Positions 28,155 through 38,171 of a stretch of 64,000 bases of DNA are shown one piece after another. The notes beneath the pieces are model-generated. The model did not search any database and had not been told where the DNA came from. It saw only the letters and a list, made by a program, of their open reading frames with translations. The translations under genes and the position numbers were made by a program. The stretch lies in the NCBI GenBank assembly GCA_963545485.1, contig CAUUJG010000001.1, forward strand, positions 105,446 to 169,445, written 5' to 3'. This stretch comes from an uncultured Clostridia bacterium (lineage in GTDB: Bacteria > Bacillota > Clostridia > Christensenellales > CAG-917). The stretch's first letter is position 1; each line of letters starts with the position of its first letter.

Positions 28155-30253
28155 TAGTAAATAGTGCGGCAGTAACAGCCAGAACAGCATTTGAAGAGGC
28201 AAAGGCTGAATTCAAAAAAGAAAAACCTAACTATAAAATAATTTTTGATAAGATATACGATATGCGTCATTGTGAGGACGCTCAACTCATTAGAACTGCG
28301 TTTGCAGGTATGGTTCATAGAAGACTCGCAAATTATGATGAAACAGTACGAATAGCGAGGTATCTGTATTTGAGGATGAAACCAGAGAATGTAAAACGGT
28401 TCCCAAAGCAGATATATGAAAAAAGTGATTTCGATTTTTTTCCTAAAGAAGAAATTGAAGAATCTACAAATGCTCAAGGTGAAATAGATTATGCAAAACT
28501 TTTTACATTTATAGCACCAAGAGCAGAAAGACACAAACTTGTATCCAATGTAGATGATGAAATGGAAGACCCACCGATGTTGAATTCGGTTGAAGATATA
28601 CATCAAAAAATTGAAAACATCATCAATGAATTGCGTGAAGAAAGAGAAAGCCGCACCAAGGAACAGGTACGGCTTTTAAATCAAATGCAGAAGTTATATA
28701 AAGAACAGAAATATGAGGAAGCACTTGAACTGTGTATGACATATCCATTGATACCTTTTAATCCAAGATTAAAAGTGGTTAGAGATACATATATGGTGGA
28801 CACATTGTATAAACTGAAGAGATATCAAGAGGTGGTAGATTTCTGTAACTCAACGATAGATATAAAGGGAAACATTATCATTCAATCACTGCCTTCATTT
28901 TCGAAATCCATGTTTGAAATTTGTAGCGATAAAGAAATAGAAGATTTTTTTGAAAGTAGAAATTCATTAGATATTGTTGCAGCTCATATTAATACCAGCC
29001 TTTTATATAAGAAATTTTATCTTGTAAAAAAGTATGAAGAAAGATTTTTTACAGAAGGTTATATAAATAGATTATCAGCATTTGGTTTCAGCAAGGGGTA
29101 TATGCAAGAGAAAAAATATGATGATATGAATAGAATTGCTCTTGGATTCAGAAGGTTTTTTCCACAGGATTTTATAGGTATATATCTAGAAATGCTTTCA
29201 GAAAATTATTTGCTAGGTGACTATAAGGATGCAAAAGAGATGGATTTCGACATTAAAACATATGGAATACCAGTGTTATTTGTGGACGAATTTACCAGGG
29301 GATTAATAGACGATGTTGAATGTATAACATACGGTGGTGACATAAAAGCAACAACAGTAGAAAGTGGAAATATTCTTGTTAATACTTCTTACAAGCATGC
29401 ATTGGGTTTTGTAGATTTGGATGAAATATATGCCGTACTTTGTGAGTCATTAAGAATGGAGATTAATACAGGGGAAGCATTAAGACTTATTTTTGCCACC
29501 ATGAAAACATATTCACATATACCTGAAGTTGAAGTTGGAGTCATAGGGCAGTTGCTTTTATCAGAGCATACTCCTTTGGAAATTAAAAAGAAAATACTTA
29601 TGTTTGCTTGTTACTTATATCCATTAGGTAAAATACTGTATGTTGCATATGATCAGACGATTGAATCGTTTACAAAAAAATTTGAGCCACCGGAAAGTTT
29701 AAAGCATAGTCGTTTTGCGTTTGTCTATTATCGTGCAGTCATAGAGTTGTTCTTTTTATCAGATCAATTTTTTGAATCAGACAGACTTCATAAATATGTG
29801 ACCTACATAGATAATGCAATTGAAAGATACTGTGATATTAATAAGCTAAGTCAGATTAAAAAACTTTCATCACAAGACCAAGTTGATTTTGCAAAAGCAA
29901 TCTTAAGCGTGGCATTTTACAATACTCCGGAAGAAGGATATATAGAAGATTATACAGAAGACTCACATGTATATATATGGATAAAAAGATACTTCCCAAA
30001 ATTTCAATATTATTTAGAGCCTAAAGATAAAAGTTACGCAGAAGATATATATATTGAAATGTGTCTTGATGAGGATGAAATGCAGAGAGAACTGGATGTG
30101 AATAGTGAAGATGGATTGGAAAAAGCATTAAAAAAAATACAAGAAGAGATGAATATTAAAAAGAGTGCAACACAAACATTGGGTATTGAAAAACAAACAG
30201 CTAATAAGAAAAAAACTAAAAAAGATGATAAGAACGACGAAAAAGAAGATTAG
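28151..30253 (+). CDS. hypothetical 700-aa soluble, helical-repeat-like protein
   Basis: ATGA overlap with the upstream membrane-protein gene. No catalytic motif recognised. Lys/Asp-rich tail. Confidence 0.5.
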   Translation: MIVNSAAVTARTAFEEAKAEFKKEKPNYKIIFDKIYDMRHCEDAQLIRTAFAGMVHRRLANYDETVRIARYLYLRMKPENVKRFPKQIYEKSDFDFFPKEEIEESTNAQGEIDYAKLFTFIAPRAERHKLVSNVDDEMEDPPMLNSVEDIHQKIENIINELREERESRTKEQVRLLNQMQKLYKEQKYEEALELCMTYPLIPFNPRLKVVRDTYMVDTLYKLKRYQEVVDFCNSTIDIKGNIIIQSLPSFSKSMFEICSDKEIEDFFESRNSLDIVAAHINTSLLYKKFYLVKKYEERFFTEGYINRLSAFGFSKGYMQEKKYDDMNRIALGFRRFFPQDFIGIYLEMLSENYLLGDYKDAKEMDFDIKTYGIPVLFVDEFTRGLIDDVECITYGGDIKATTVESGNILVNTSYKHALGFVDLDEIYAVLCESLRMEINTGEALRLIFATMKTYSHIPEVEVGVIGQLLLSEHTPLEIKKKILMFACYLYPLGKILYVAYDQTIESFTKKFEPPESLKHSRFAFVYYRAVIELFFLSDQFFESDRLHKYVTYIDNAIERYCDINKLSQIKKLSSQDQVDFAKAILSVAFYNTPEEGYIEDYTEDSHVYIWIKRYFPKFQYYLEPKDKSYAEDIYIEMCLDEDEMQRELDVNSEDGLEKALKKIQEEMNIKKSATQTLGIEKQTANKKKTKKDDKNDEKED

Positions 30254-30969
30254 TGGCGTTGTTTTGCAATTTCATAAAGAACAACTCCTGTAGCGACCGA
30301 AGCATTTAATGAATTTATTTTTCCAAATTGTGGGATAGTTATAATGTCATCACATAACTGCTTTGTAAGGGGACGAATACCGTCGCCTTCGTTACCTATG
30401 ACAAACGCCATATTTGTTTTAAAATCAAACGAAGCAGGATATTTTCCATCAAAGTCAGTTGCGAATACAAAAACATTTTGTTTCTTTAAAAATCTGATAG
30501 CATCGTTGATATTAGTTTCTTTAGCGATCAAAACATGTTGCGTTGCTCCGGCAGAAACTTTAACAACAGTGTCGGTAACGGAAGCACAGCGATGTTTTGA
30601 AATAATTATTCCGTGCACTCCAAAACAGTCGGCACTTCGAATAATTGCCCCTAAGTTATGTTCATCTGTAATTTCATCAATTACTATTATATTTGTATAT
30701 TCATTTCGTGATTTAGCAAGATCAAGAATATCTTCGATGGATGAATATTTAAAGTTTGATGTGATAGCGGCAACCCCTTGGTGGTTTTTCCCTTCAGAAA
30801 GCTTATCTAGAACCTTTTTATCAACAAGACTGAAAAAAATATTTTTTTCTTTTGCCATCTTTTTTATTAAACTTAATTTATCGTTTTCAGTTTTCGAAAT
30901 ATAAATTTTTTCAATGGTAGCATCTGTTTTTAAGGTTTCAATAACAGGATTTTTTCCATATATAATCAT
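30250..30969 (-). CDS. rlmB: 23S rRNA (guanosine-2'-O)-methyltransferase RlmB (SpoU/TrmH family)
   Basis: SpoU motifs (NLGAIIRSA, VIGNEGDGI, SLNASVATGVVLYE). Immediately downstream of mrnC, as in Bacillus yazC-yacO. Confidence 0.88.
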   Translation of the reverse strand: MIIYGKNPVIETLKTDATIEKIYISKTENDKLSLIKKMAKEKNIFFSLVDKKVLDKLSEGKNHQGVAAITSNFKYSSIEDILDLAKSRNEYTNIIVIDEITDEHNLGAIIRSADCFGVHGIIISKHRCASVTDTVVKVSAGATQHVLIAKETNINDAIRFLKKQNVFVFATDFDGKYPASFDFKTNMAFVIGNEGDGIRPLTKQLCDDIITIPQFGKINSLNASVATGVVLYEIAKQRH

Positions 30970-31382
30970 AAGTCCTCCTCAATAGATGCTGATATAAATT
31001 TAGTTAATTTTGCTTGATTATCGGTTAGATAAAAATAACCGACTAAAGCTTCGTAGGCGGTTGCAAATCTATATTCATCAATAGAAGCATGCTTTGCAGA
31101 TGTAAGAATTTTTAAATTTCTTGCCTTCTTAAATAAAATCATTTCGGAGTCATTCAATTCATTTATTAACTTTCTCATAATTTGGGACTGCCTTACAGCA
31201 TTTACACAGCTTACGAGTAGTTTATGAATTTTCCCGGTTTTATCTTGTGAATTTATGCAAAATTTTGTTCTAAGATATAATGACTGCACAGCATCTCCAA
31301 TCATCGCAAGAGATGATGGGGTTACATTTAATGCATCTTCAATAGATAGAGGTTCTGCGATATTAAAATCGGCTTTAAACAT
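30966..31382 (-). CDS. mrnC: mini-ribonuclease 3
   Basis: LAMIGDAVQSLYLR...NAKHA..YRFATAYEALVGYFYL. 138 aa. Confidence 0.88.
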   Translation of the reverse strand: MFKADFNIAEPLSIEDALNVTPSSLAMIGDAVQSLYLRTKFCINSQDKTGKIHKLLVSCVNAVRQSQIMRKLINELNDSEMILFKKARNLKILTSAKHASIDEYRFATAYEALVGYFYLTDNQAKLTKFISASIEEDL

Positions 31383-31832
31383 AAAAAAAGAGTATCATAA
31401 AGGGATACTTGAGTCCAATTTCCATATTGCTTAATAGGTTATTTGTTACAATTGCTTTTATACAATATTAGAGACACATATTTGGAAGTAAAAACTCCCT
31501 TAATAACGATGAATCTAAAACATAGAAATGAAATTAAAATAGTCCCAGCCCAATCGTTTTTATCAACAGATAGGATGGTTAAATATTTAAGCGAGCTTGT
31601 TGGGTTATTGAAATCTTTTACAAGTGCCCTAGTATCACATAACAGAAAAAAAGGAGATATCAGATTAACTCAATACAATGGTGATACAAGCTTTTAAAAA
31701 CGCATCAAAAGTAGGTGCCAAATTTTGAGAGCTTCAAATGGATTTAGGGCTGAATGATTAACCATTTACAGTGTTGCGAGAAGTGCAGACTTGTAAATGT
31801 TTGTTTGAAGGGAAACCCTACACTGCAAAATG

Positions 31833-31857
31833 ATTTAATAAAAATGCGGATTTACGC
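31833..31857. repeat. left copy of a perfect 25-bp direct repeat (ATTTAATAAAAATGCGGATTTACGC)
   Basis: Identical 25-mer recurs at 33195-33219. Similarity continues for 13 more nt (10 of 13 match). Confidence 0.9.
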
Positions 31858-31881
31858 TATATTATTAAATGGAGGAACAAG

Positions 31882-33180
31882 ATGGAAGTACAAAGACCAA
31901 GATATTTAAATCAACTTATTGATAAAAAAGATAATGGAAGAGTGAAAATTATTACAGGGATTAGAAGATGTGGTAAATCATATCTTTTGTTTGAATTATA
32001 CAGAAAGTACTTGATTTCTATTGGAGTGAATGAAAATCAAATTATAACGATTGCTCTTGATGCTTTGATCAATATTAAATATAGAAATCCAATAGAGCTT
32101 GATAAATTCTTAAGAAACAGAATTAAAAGTAATGACCTTAAGTACTACATTTTTATTGATGAAATTCAATTTGTAGAAGATATCCCTAATCCGTATTTGC
32201 CAGACAATAATTCAAAGGTAACTTTTGTGGATTTGGTATTAGGAGTCATGAAAATCCCTAATGTAGATTTATATATTACGGGAAGTAACTCAAAGATGCT
32301 TTCCTCAGATATATTAACACAGTTTAGAGATCGTGGTGATGAAATAAGAGTATATCCATATTCATTTGCAGAATTCTCGTCTTGCTATGAAGGAGATAAG
32401 GTAAAAGCTTTTGATGAATATTGTCTGTATGGAGGAATGCCAATGGCTGTTCAACTTAAAAGTCATGAAGAGAGGAGTGAGTACTTAAAAAATATTTTTA
32501 CGATTACATACATTAAAGATGTAGTTGAACGCAATAAAATTATTAAAGATACATCGGTAATTGACGATTTGCTAGATATCATATCTTCATCTATTGGTTC
32601 GTTATCAAATCCAACGAAGTTTTCAAATACTTTTATGTCGGAGAAAAATATAAAAATATCACAATTTACATTGAACAAGTACTTGGATTATTTCATAGAT
32701 GCTTTTCTAATTGAAAAAGCTAGAAGATATGATGTGAAAGGGAGAAAATATATTTCATCGCCATATAAATATTATTTTTCAGATATTGGTCTTAGGAATG
32801 CAAGATTAAATTTTAGACAAAATGAACAGTCTCATATTATGGAAAATGTAATATATAATGAGCTCAGAATGCGAGGATTAAATGTAGATGTTGGTGTTGT
32901 AGAATATAATTGCAAAGAAGAGGGGAAAAATAAAAAAAAGAATTTAGAAGTTGATTTTATTGTAAATAGAGGAAGTAACAGATATTACATTCAATCAGCA
33001 CTCAATGTTGATACAAAAGAAAAACGAATACAAGAAACAGAATCATTAAGAAGAACGGGGGACTCATTTAGTAAAATTGTGATAGTCAGAAATAGTATTG
33101 TACCGAGGTATGACGACGATGGTATTTTCTATATTGGAGTAGAGGATTTTCTATTAAATAAAATATCGTTAAATTTATAA
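31882..33180 (+). CDS. AAA+ ATPase of the COG1373 / AAA_14-DUF4143 type (second, divergent paralogue)
   Basis: Walker A GIRRCGKS, Walker B IFIDEIQ. C-terminal LEVDFIVNRGSNRYYIQSALNV block. GGAGG RBS. Confidence 0.8.
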   Translation: MEVQRPRYLNQLIDKKDNGRVKIITGIRRCGKSYLLFELYRKYLISIGVNENQIITIALDALINIKYRNPIELDKFLRNRIKSNDLKYYIFIDEIQFVEDIPNPYLPDNNSKVTFVDLVLGVMKIPNVDLYITGSNSKMLSSDILTQFRDRGDEIRVYPYSFAEFSSCYEGDKVKAFDEYCLYGGMPMAVQLKSHEERSEYLKNIFTITYIKDVVERNKIIKDTSVIDDLLDIISSSIGSLSNPTKFSNTFMSEKNIKISQFTLNKYLDYFIDAFLIEKARRYDVKGRKYISSPYKYYFSDIGLRNARLNFRQNEQSHIMENVIYNELRMRGLNVDVGVVEYNCKEEGKNKKKNLEVDFIVNRGSNRYYIQSALNVDTKEKRIQETESLRRTGDSFSKIVIVRNSIVPRYDDDGIFYIGVEDFLLNKISLNL

Positions 33181-33194
33181 ATAATATTAATCTA

Positions 33195-33219
33195 ATTTAA
33201 TAAAAATGCGGATTTACGC
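33195..33219. repeat. right copy of the perfect 25-bp direct repeat
   Basis: Checked letter by letter against 31833-31857. Confidence 0.9.
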
Positions 33220-33490
33220 AATAATTTTAAATTAATAAGGATATGGCATCAGGTAAAAAGTTGTGATTATAGCCTGAACAAAGCGAAAACGAGAAGAATG
33301 AATATTTTAATTGTCGGCATGGTGGCTATAAGACCGGCATGCCAAGGCGAAAGAATACTTTTGAATTAGAATGAATAATTATTCAGAAGTAAGCGAGATT
33401 AGACAGGTTTAAAAACGGTTTTTAGTTGATAAAACGACGATTTCTAATGTAAAATATTGGTATAAAAAATTTCGGAGGAATTTAATTATT

Positions 33491-34507
33491 ATGGCAGATG
33501 TAAGAGTTGCAATTAATGGTTTTGGAAGAATTGGTAGATTGGCTTTCAGACAAATGTTTGGAGCAAAGGGGTATGAAGTTGTTGCCATCAATGACTTAAC
33601 AGATTCAAAAATGTTGGCACACTTATTGAAATACGACAGTGCACAGGGAAGATATGCTTTGGCAGATAAAGTATTCGCTAAAGATGGAGCAATTGAAGTA
33701 AACGGAAAAGAAATTAAAATATATGCTGAGAAAGATGCAGCGAATTTACCTTGGGGTGAAATTGGTGTAGATGTGGTTTTGGAATGCACAGGTTTCTATA
33801 CATCAAAAGATAAAGCTCAAGCACATATCAACGCAGGAGCAAAAAAAGTAGTTATTTCAGCACCAGCAGGTAATGATTTACCAACAATTGTTTTCGGGGT
33901 AAACCACAAAACATTAAAGAGCACAGATACAATTATTTCAGCTGCTTCATGTACAACAAACTGTTTGGCACCAATGGCTGATACCTTAAATAAATTAGCA
34001 CCTATTAAGAGTGGTATCATGAGCACAATTCATGCTTTTACAGGTGATCAAATGGTTTTAGATGGACCACATAGAAAAGGTGATTTAAGAAGAGCAAGAG
34101 CAGCTGCTGTAAATATTGTTCCAAATAGCACAGGTGCAGCAAAAGCTATTGGACTTGTTATCCCAGAATTGAATGGCAAGTTAATCGGATCTGCACAAAG
34201 AGTTCCTGTACCAACAGGTTCAACAACAATTCTTGTTGCAGTGTGCGAAGGCAAGTTAACAAAAGAAGAAATAAATGCTGCAATGGCAAAAGCAGCTAAC
34301 CAGTCATTTGGATACACTGAAGAAGAGTTAGTTTCAAGTGATATTATCGGAATTAAGTTCGGTTCTTTGTTTGATGCAACTCAGACAATGGTTACCAATA
34401 TGGAAGATGGAAATTCACAAGTACAGGTTGTTTCATGGTATGACAATGAAAACAGCTATACTTCGCAGATGGTACGTACAATTAAATATTTCGCAGGATT
34501 AAACTAA
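33491..34507 (+). CDS. gap: type I glyceraldehyde-3-phosphate dehydrogenase
   Basis: [23 protein letters not shown]. Confidence 0.96.
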   Translation: MADVRVAINGFGRIGRLAFRQMFGAKGYEVVAINDLTDSKMLAHLLKYDSAQGRYALADKVFAKDGAIEVNGKEIKIYAEKDAANLPWGEIGVDVVLECTGFYTSKDKAQAHINAGAKKVVISAPAGNDLPTIVFGVNHKTLKSTDTIISAASCTTNCLAPMADTLNKLAPIKSGIMSTIHAFTGDQMVLDGPHRKGDLRRARAAAVNIVPNSTGAAKAIGLVIPELNGKLIGSAQRVPVPTGSTTILVAVCEGKLTKEEINAAMAKAANQSFGYTEEELVSSDIIGIKFGSLFDATQTMVTNMEDGNSQVQVVSWYDNENSYTSQMVRTIKYFAGLN

Positions 34508-34522
34508 AATAAAAAACATTAT

Positions 34523-34556
34523 CTATGCTATATAAATCATATAGCATAGGTATTTT
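34523..34556 (+). terminator. intrinsic terminator after gap
   Basis: 11-bp stem ctatgctatat / atatagcatag with loop aaatc, then gtattttgt. Confidence 0.7.
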
Positions 34557-34565
34557 GTGTAACAT

Positions 34566-35741
34566 ATGATTAATAGGCAAATGTATGAACTCGGGTCAAA
34601 AAGATCCGTCATTCGTGAGTTGTTTGAATTCGGTAGGCAGCTTAAAGAAGAAAGAGGGGAGTCTAAAGTTTTTGATTTTTCTTTAGGAAATCCGAGTATT
34701 TTGCCTCCTGATAAAGTTAGTAGTGAACTACTTAAGTTAATCAATGATACCAATATTCATAAATATACATCAGCACAAGGCGATCAAAATGTCCGTCAGA
34801 AAATTGCGAGCAGTTTAAGTCAAAAATTAAATATTAAAATATCTGGAGATGATATTTATTTAACATGCGGGGCTGCGGCGGGGTTAACAGTTAGTTTAAA
34901 GGCAATTTGTAATAAAGATGATGAGGTCTTGATTATGAGACCGTACTTCCCAGAGTATAAAGTTTTTATAAGCAATGCAGATGCAAAATTTGTGGAAATA
35001 AATTTTGATGATGATTTTCAGATTGACTTCGTAGATTTTGAAAAGAAGATTTCATCAAAGACAAAGGCAGTAATTATTAATTCGCCAAATAATCCTTCTG
35101 GAGTTATATACACTAAAGAAACGATAGAAAAACTGGCGACAATATTGGATAAAAAGGGAAAAAAATATCAACATGACATTTTTGTCATTTCTGATGAGCC
35201 ATATAGAGAATTGGTATATGAGAATATGAGTGTACCCAACATTATGAATATCTACGATAACACGATTATGTGCTATAGTTTTTCTAAGTCATTATCTTTG
35301 CCGGGAGAAAGAATAGGATATATTTGTCTTAGTCCGAAAGTGCATGATAGAGATGTGTATTTTGCAATCTGCGGTGCAGGGCGTTCGCTAGGATTTGTTT
35401 GTGCCCCATCAATATTTCAGCAGTTGATTTCAAAGTGTTTGGAAGAGAAACCACGGCTTGAGGAATATAAGAAAAATAGAGATTTAATATATAATTCATT
35501 AATTAATATTGGGTATGAATGTGTACATCCAGATGGAGCATTTTATTTATTTATAAAATCACCAATATCTGATGCAATGAAATTTTCAGAAATGGCGAAG
35601 CAAAAAGGCATTTTACTTGTTCCAGGAGAGGGATTTGGGGCTAAAGATTATTTACGTCTTTCTTATTGCGTATCTTATGATACAATAAAGATGTCGATTC
35701 CATATTTTGAAAAATTGATGCGAGAAATTAAAGGTGAATAA
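34566..35741 (+). CDS. PLP-dependent aminotransferase, class I (aspartate/aromatic type)
   Basis: NSPNNPSG and the SFSKSLSLPGERIGY lysine motif. Confidence 0.88.
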   Translation: MINRQMYELGSKRSVIRELFEFGRQLKEERGESKVFDFSLGNPSILPPDKVSSELLKLINDTNIHKYTSAQGDQNVRQKIASSLSQKLNIKISGDDIYLTCGAAAGLTVSLKAICNKDDEVLIMRPYFPEYKVFISNADAKFVEINFDDDFQIDFVDFEKKISSKTKAVIINSPNNPSGVIYTKETIEKLATILDKKGKKYQHDIFVISDEPYRELVYENMSVPNIMNIYDNTIMCYSFSKSLSLPGERIGYICLSPKVHDRDVYFAICGAGRSLGFVCAPSIFQQLISKCLEEKPRLEEYKKNRDLIYNSLINIGYECVHPDGAFYLFIKSPISDAMKFSEMAKQKGILLVPGEGFGAKDYLRLSYCVSYDTIKMSIPYFEKLMREIKGE

Positions 35742-36307
35742 TGTCTAAGAACATAGAAATTGCCACTAGGCTTAAAGATTTAAGAGAAATAATGGATATC
35801 TCTACACAAGAGATGGCAAAAGTCACTGGCATTTCAGAAGATGAATATATTAAATATGAAAGTGGGAAAAAAGATTTTTCAGTAACCTTTTTATATAATT
35901 GTGCGGAAAAATTTGGAGTGGATGTCACGGCACTTTTAACAGGTGAAACTCCCAAACTAACCTCATATAGTATTGTTCGTAAAAATGAAGGAGTGAAGAC
36001 AAATAGAAGAGAAATGTTCATTTATGAACACTTGGCTAATAATTTCAATCATAGGCATTCAGAACCTTTTTTGGTTGTAGCCCCATATATTGAGAAAGCT
36101 CAGCATCAGCCAATCAGCTTGTCATCGCATAAAGGACAAGAAATGGATTATATACTATCTGGATCAATGAAAATTTCTATTAATGGGAAGGAAGAAATTG
36201 TAAAAGAAGGAGATACAGTTTATTATGACAGCTCTCAGCCTCATGGAATGATTGCAATAGATGGCAAAGAGTGTAAATTTCTTGCAATTTTGATTAAAGA
36301 CTGTTAG
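35741..36307 (+). CDS. XRE-family HTH regulator with a C-terminal cupin domain
   Basis: N-terminal HTH (LKDLREIMDISTQEMAKVTGISEDEYIKYESG). C-terminal cupin (GDTVYYDSSQPHGM). TAATG overlap with the aminotransferase gene. Confidence 0.85.
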   Translation: MSKNIEIATRLKDLREIMDISTQEMAKVTGISEDEYIKYESGKKDFSVTFLYNCAEKFGVDVTALLTGETPKLTSYSIVRKNEGVKTNRREMFIYEHLANNFNHRHSEPFLVVAPYIEKAQHQPISLSSHKGQEMDYILSGSMKISINGKEEIVKEGDTVYYDSSQPHGMIAIDGKECKFLAILIKDC

Positions 36308-36596
36308 TCAACAATTAAAACAGCACCTCTAATCCGATAAAACATCAAATATTCAAAGTAAAAAAATATATAGAGTTCTTTATTTGCTTACATACATAGT
36401 AAGATTAAGTTGTGGGTTTGCACGTGATGATTGTTGCAATGTAGTGCAAAAATGGATTTATATATGTAAGTATAATTGAAAATCTTTCTTTGGGATTCAG
36501 TCGTTAAATCTTGCCAATTTTATATATTGATGAAAAGAATCCGATATTGTTTATTTGAGTATGATTATATATAATTTTTACTGAGGTGGTGAAAAG

Positions 36597-37529
36597 ATGA
36601 AAAAACAGAAGAAGAGTTTGCCCAAAAAGCTATTTATTGCGATAGATAAAATATATGATAGAAGTCAAAACAAAAAAGTTGAAAGAAAGTTTAAGAAAAA
36701 ATTCGATATAGTAGTTGATAAAGATATTGTGTATTCAGATGCAAGACCGGATGTGTGTAAGCTAGATGTTTATTATTTAGATAATCTGAAAGAGAAAAAA
36801 CCGGTATTTTTATATATCCATGGAGGTGGTTTTGTTGCCGGGAATAAATACTACAGAAGAGGTATATCTGAGTGGATAGCGTCACAAGGTTATGTTGTAG
36901 TTACAATTTCATATTCTCTGGCTCCTGAAGGTAGGCATATTGATGCAGTTCAAGATTTGGGTGAAATTGCAAAATGGATTAATGCTAATGCAGAAAAATA
37001 TAATTATGATTTAGATAAATTGGTCATAGGTGGAGACAGTGCTGGTGCATATTATTCAGCAACTCTTGCAAATTTAGCAACCAATACAGAATTTAGCACA
37101 AAAGTTAATGTAAAGGCAGATTTGAAAATAAATGCTTTGGTATTGATTTGCGGTATATATAATATAGAATTGGCACTTGGGAAAAAAATGCCTTTTGATT
37201 TTGCGAATCAGCTGATGCTTGATTTTATTGGATACAAGGTTAAAGATATGGCTGGTTATGAATATCATGATGCATTATCCCCATTTAATTATGTAAATAA
37301 AGATTTCCCAAGAGCATTTATTTCATTTGCCAAAAAGGATATTTTCTGTGGTGGACAAGGAGAAGCCCTTACAAAGAAACTGCAAGGATACGGGACTCAA
37401 GTTGTAAATGCTAATTCAAAGTTATTTAAAGATAATCATTGTTATTCTTTAATGTGGAAAGGGAAAGCTGCAAAAATGCACAACAAAATTCTTAGCGGAT
37501 TTTTGAAAGAAATAAAAGAAGGGAAATAG
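36597..37529 (+). CDS. alpha/beta hydrolase (esterase/lipase, HSL-like)
   Basis: Oxyanion HGGGF and nucleophile elbow GDSAGA. Confidence 0.85.
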   Translation: MKKQKKSLPKKLFIAIDKIYDRSQNKKVERKFKKKFDIVVDKDIVYSDARPDVCKLDVYYLDNLKEKKPVFLYIHGGGFVAGNKYYRRGISEWIASQGYVVVTISYSLAPEGRHIDAVQDLGEIAKWINANAEKYNYDLDKLVIGGDSAGAYYSATLANLATNTEFSTKVNVKADLKINALVLICGIYNIELALGKKMPFDFANQLMLDFIGYKVKDMAGYEYHDALSPFNYVNKDFPRAFISFAKKDIFCGGQGEALTKKLQGYGTQVVNANSKLFKDNHCYSLMWKGKAAKMHNKILSGFLKEIKEGK

Positions 37530-37548
37530 AAGTTAAGATATAGAATTC

Positions 37549-38115
37549 ATGTGTCGTAAGCGTAAGGTTGAATCTTATATATATAATGGTGACGAAAAAG
37601 TCGCAGTTGAAAACCGTTCACAAAAAATCAGTTTAATAGTTAGATTAATTTTTGATGTTATCGGAATACTAATAACGGTTACACAGACTATTATTATGTT
37701 TTTGAAAAAGTGGATAGAGGGACCATTAGCGATTGCATTGGTGGTCATGCTTGTTTTAAACATAATTATATTCTGCGTACTTTTTGTTTACGCTACACAA
37801 AATTTACAAAAGGGTAGTAAGTATATAAAAGGATTTAAGCAGGTCTTTGGTTTTTTTAAAATTATATCCAATATCATTTTATTAAGCATGTACGGTATAG
37901 CAGTGGCATCAATGTATAAATCCGATATTAATGGAAACAAAACAAAAATATTTTTATTTGCATTATCAATGATTGTTGCGGTTTTAAGTTTAATAATGAA
38001 GATATTCTTTACAGTTCGTAAAATAATGAAAGCGGTTGAAAAGAAAAAGTACACAGTGGAAAATGCAACATACATTGATGGACAGAAAGTAGAAAAAAAG
38101 AAAAAATCCTTATGA
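37549..38115 (+). CDS. hypothetical membrane protein (4 TM)
   Basis: Four hydrophobic helices. No clear RBS and no recognisable family. Confidence 0.5.
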   Translation: MCRKRKVESYIYNGDEKVAVENRSQKISLIVRLIFDVIGILITVTQTIIMFLKKWIEGPLAIALVVMLVLNIIIFCVLFVYATQNLQKGSKYIKGFKQVFGFFKIISNIILLSMYGIAVASMYKSDINGNKTKIFLFALSMIVAVLSLIMKIFFTVRKIMKAVEKKKYTVENATYIDGQKVEKKKKSL

Positions 38116-38171
38116 AGAAAACAATGCTAATAAATAAAATCTAAAATCTATAATTTATATAAATTAGAACT

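Noticed and set aside
28085-28606. 173-aa minus-strand ORF, plus 27422-27670, 27909-28215 and 30344-30904 alternative-frame ORFs
   Set aside because: All overlap better-supported genes. Their Cys/Phe/Ile-rich translations are typical of out-of-frame AT-rich sequence.
31443-31697. 84-aa plus-strand ORF in the mrnC upstream region
   Set aside because: It has a TTG start, no RBS and no recognisable motif. It is treated as non-coding, and the region itself is flagged separately.
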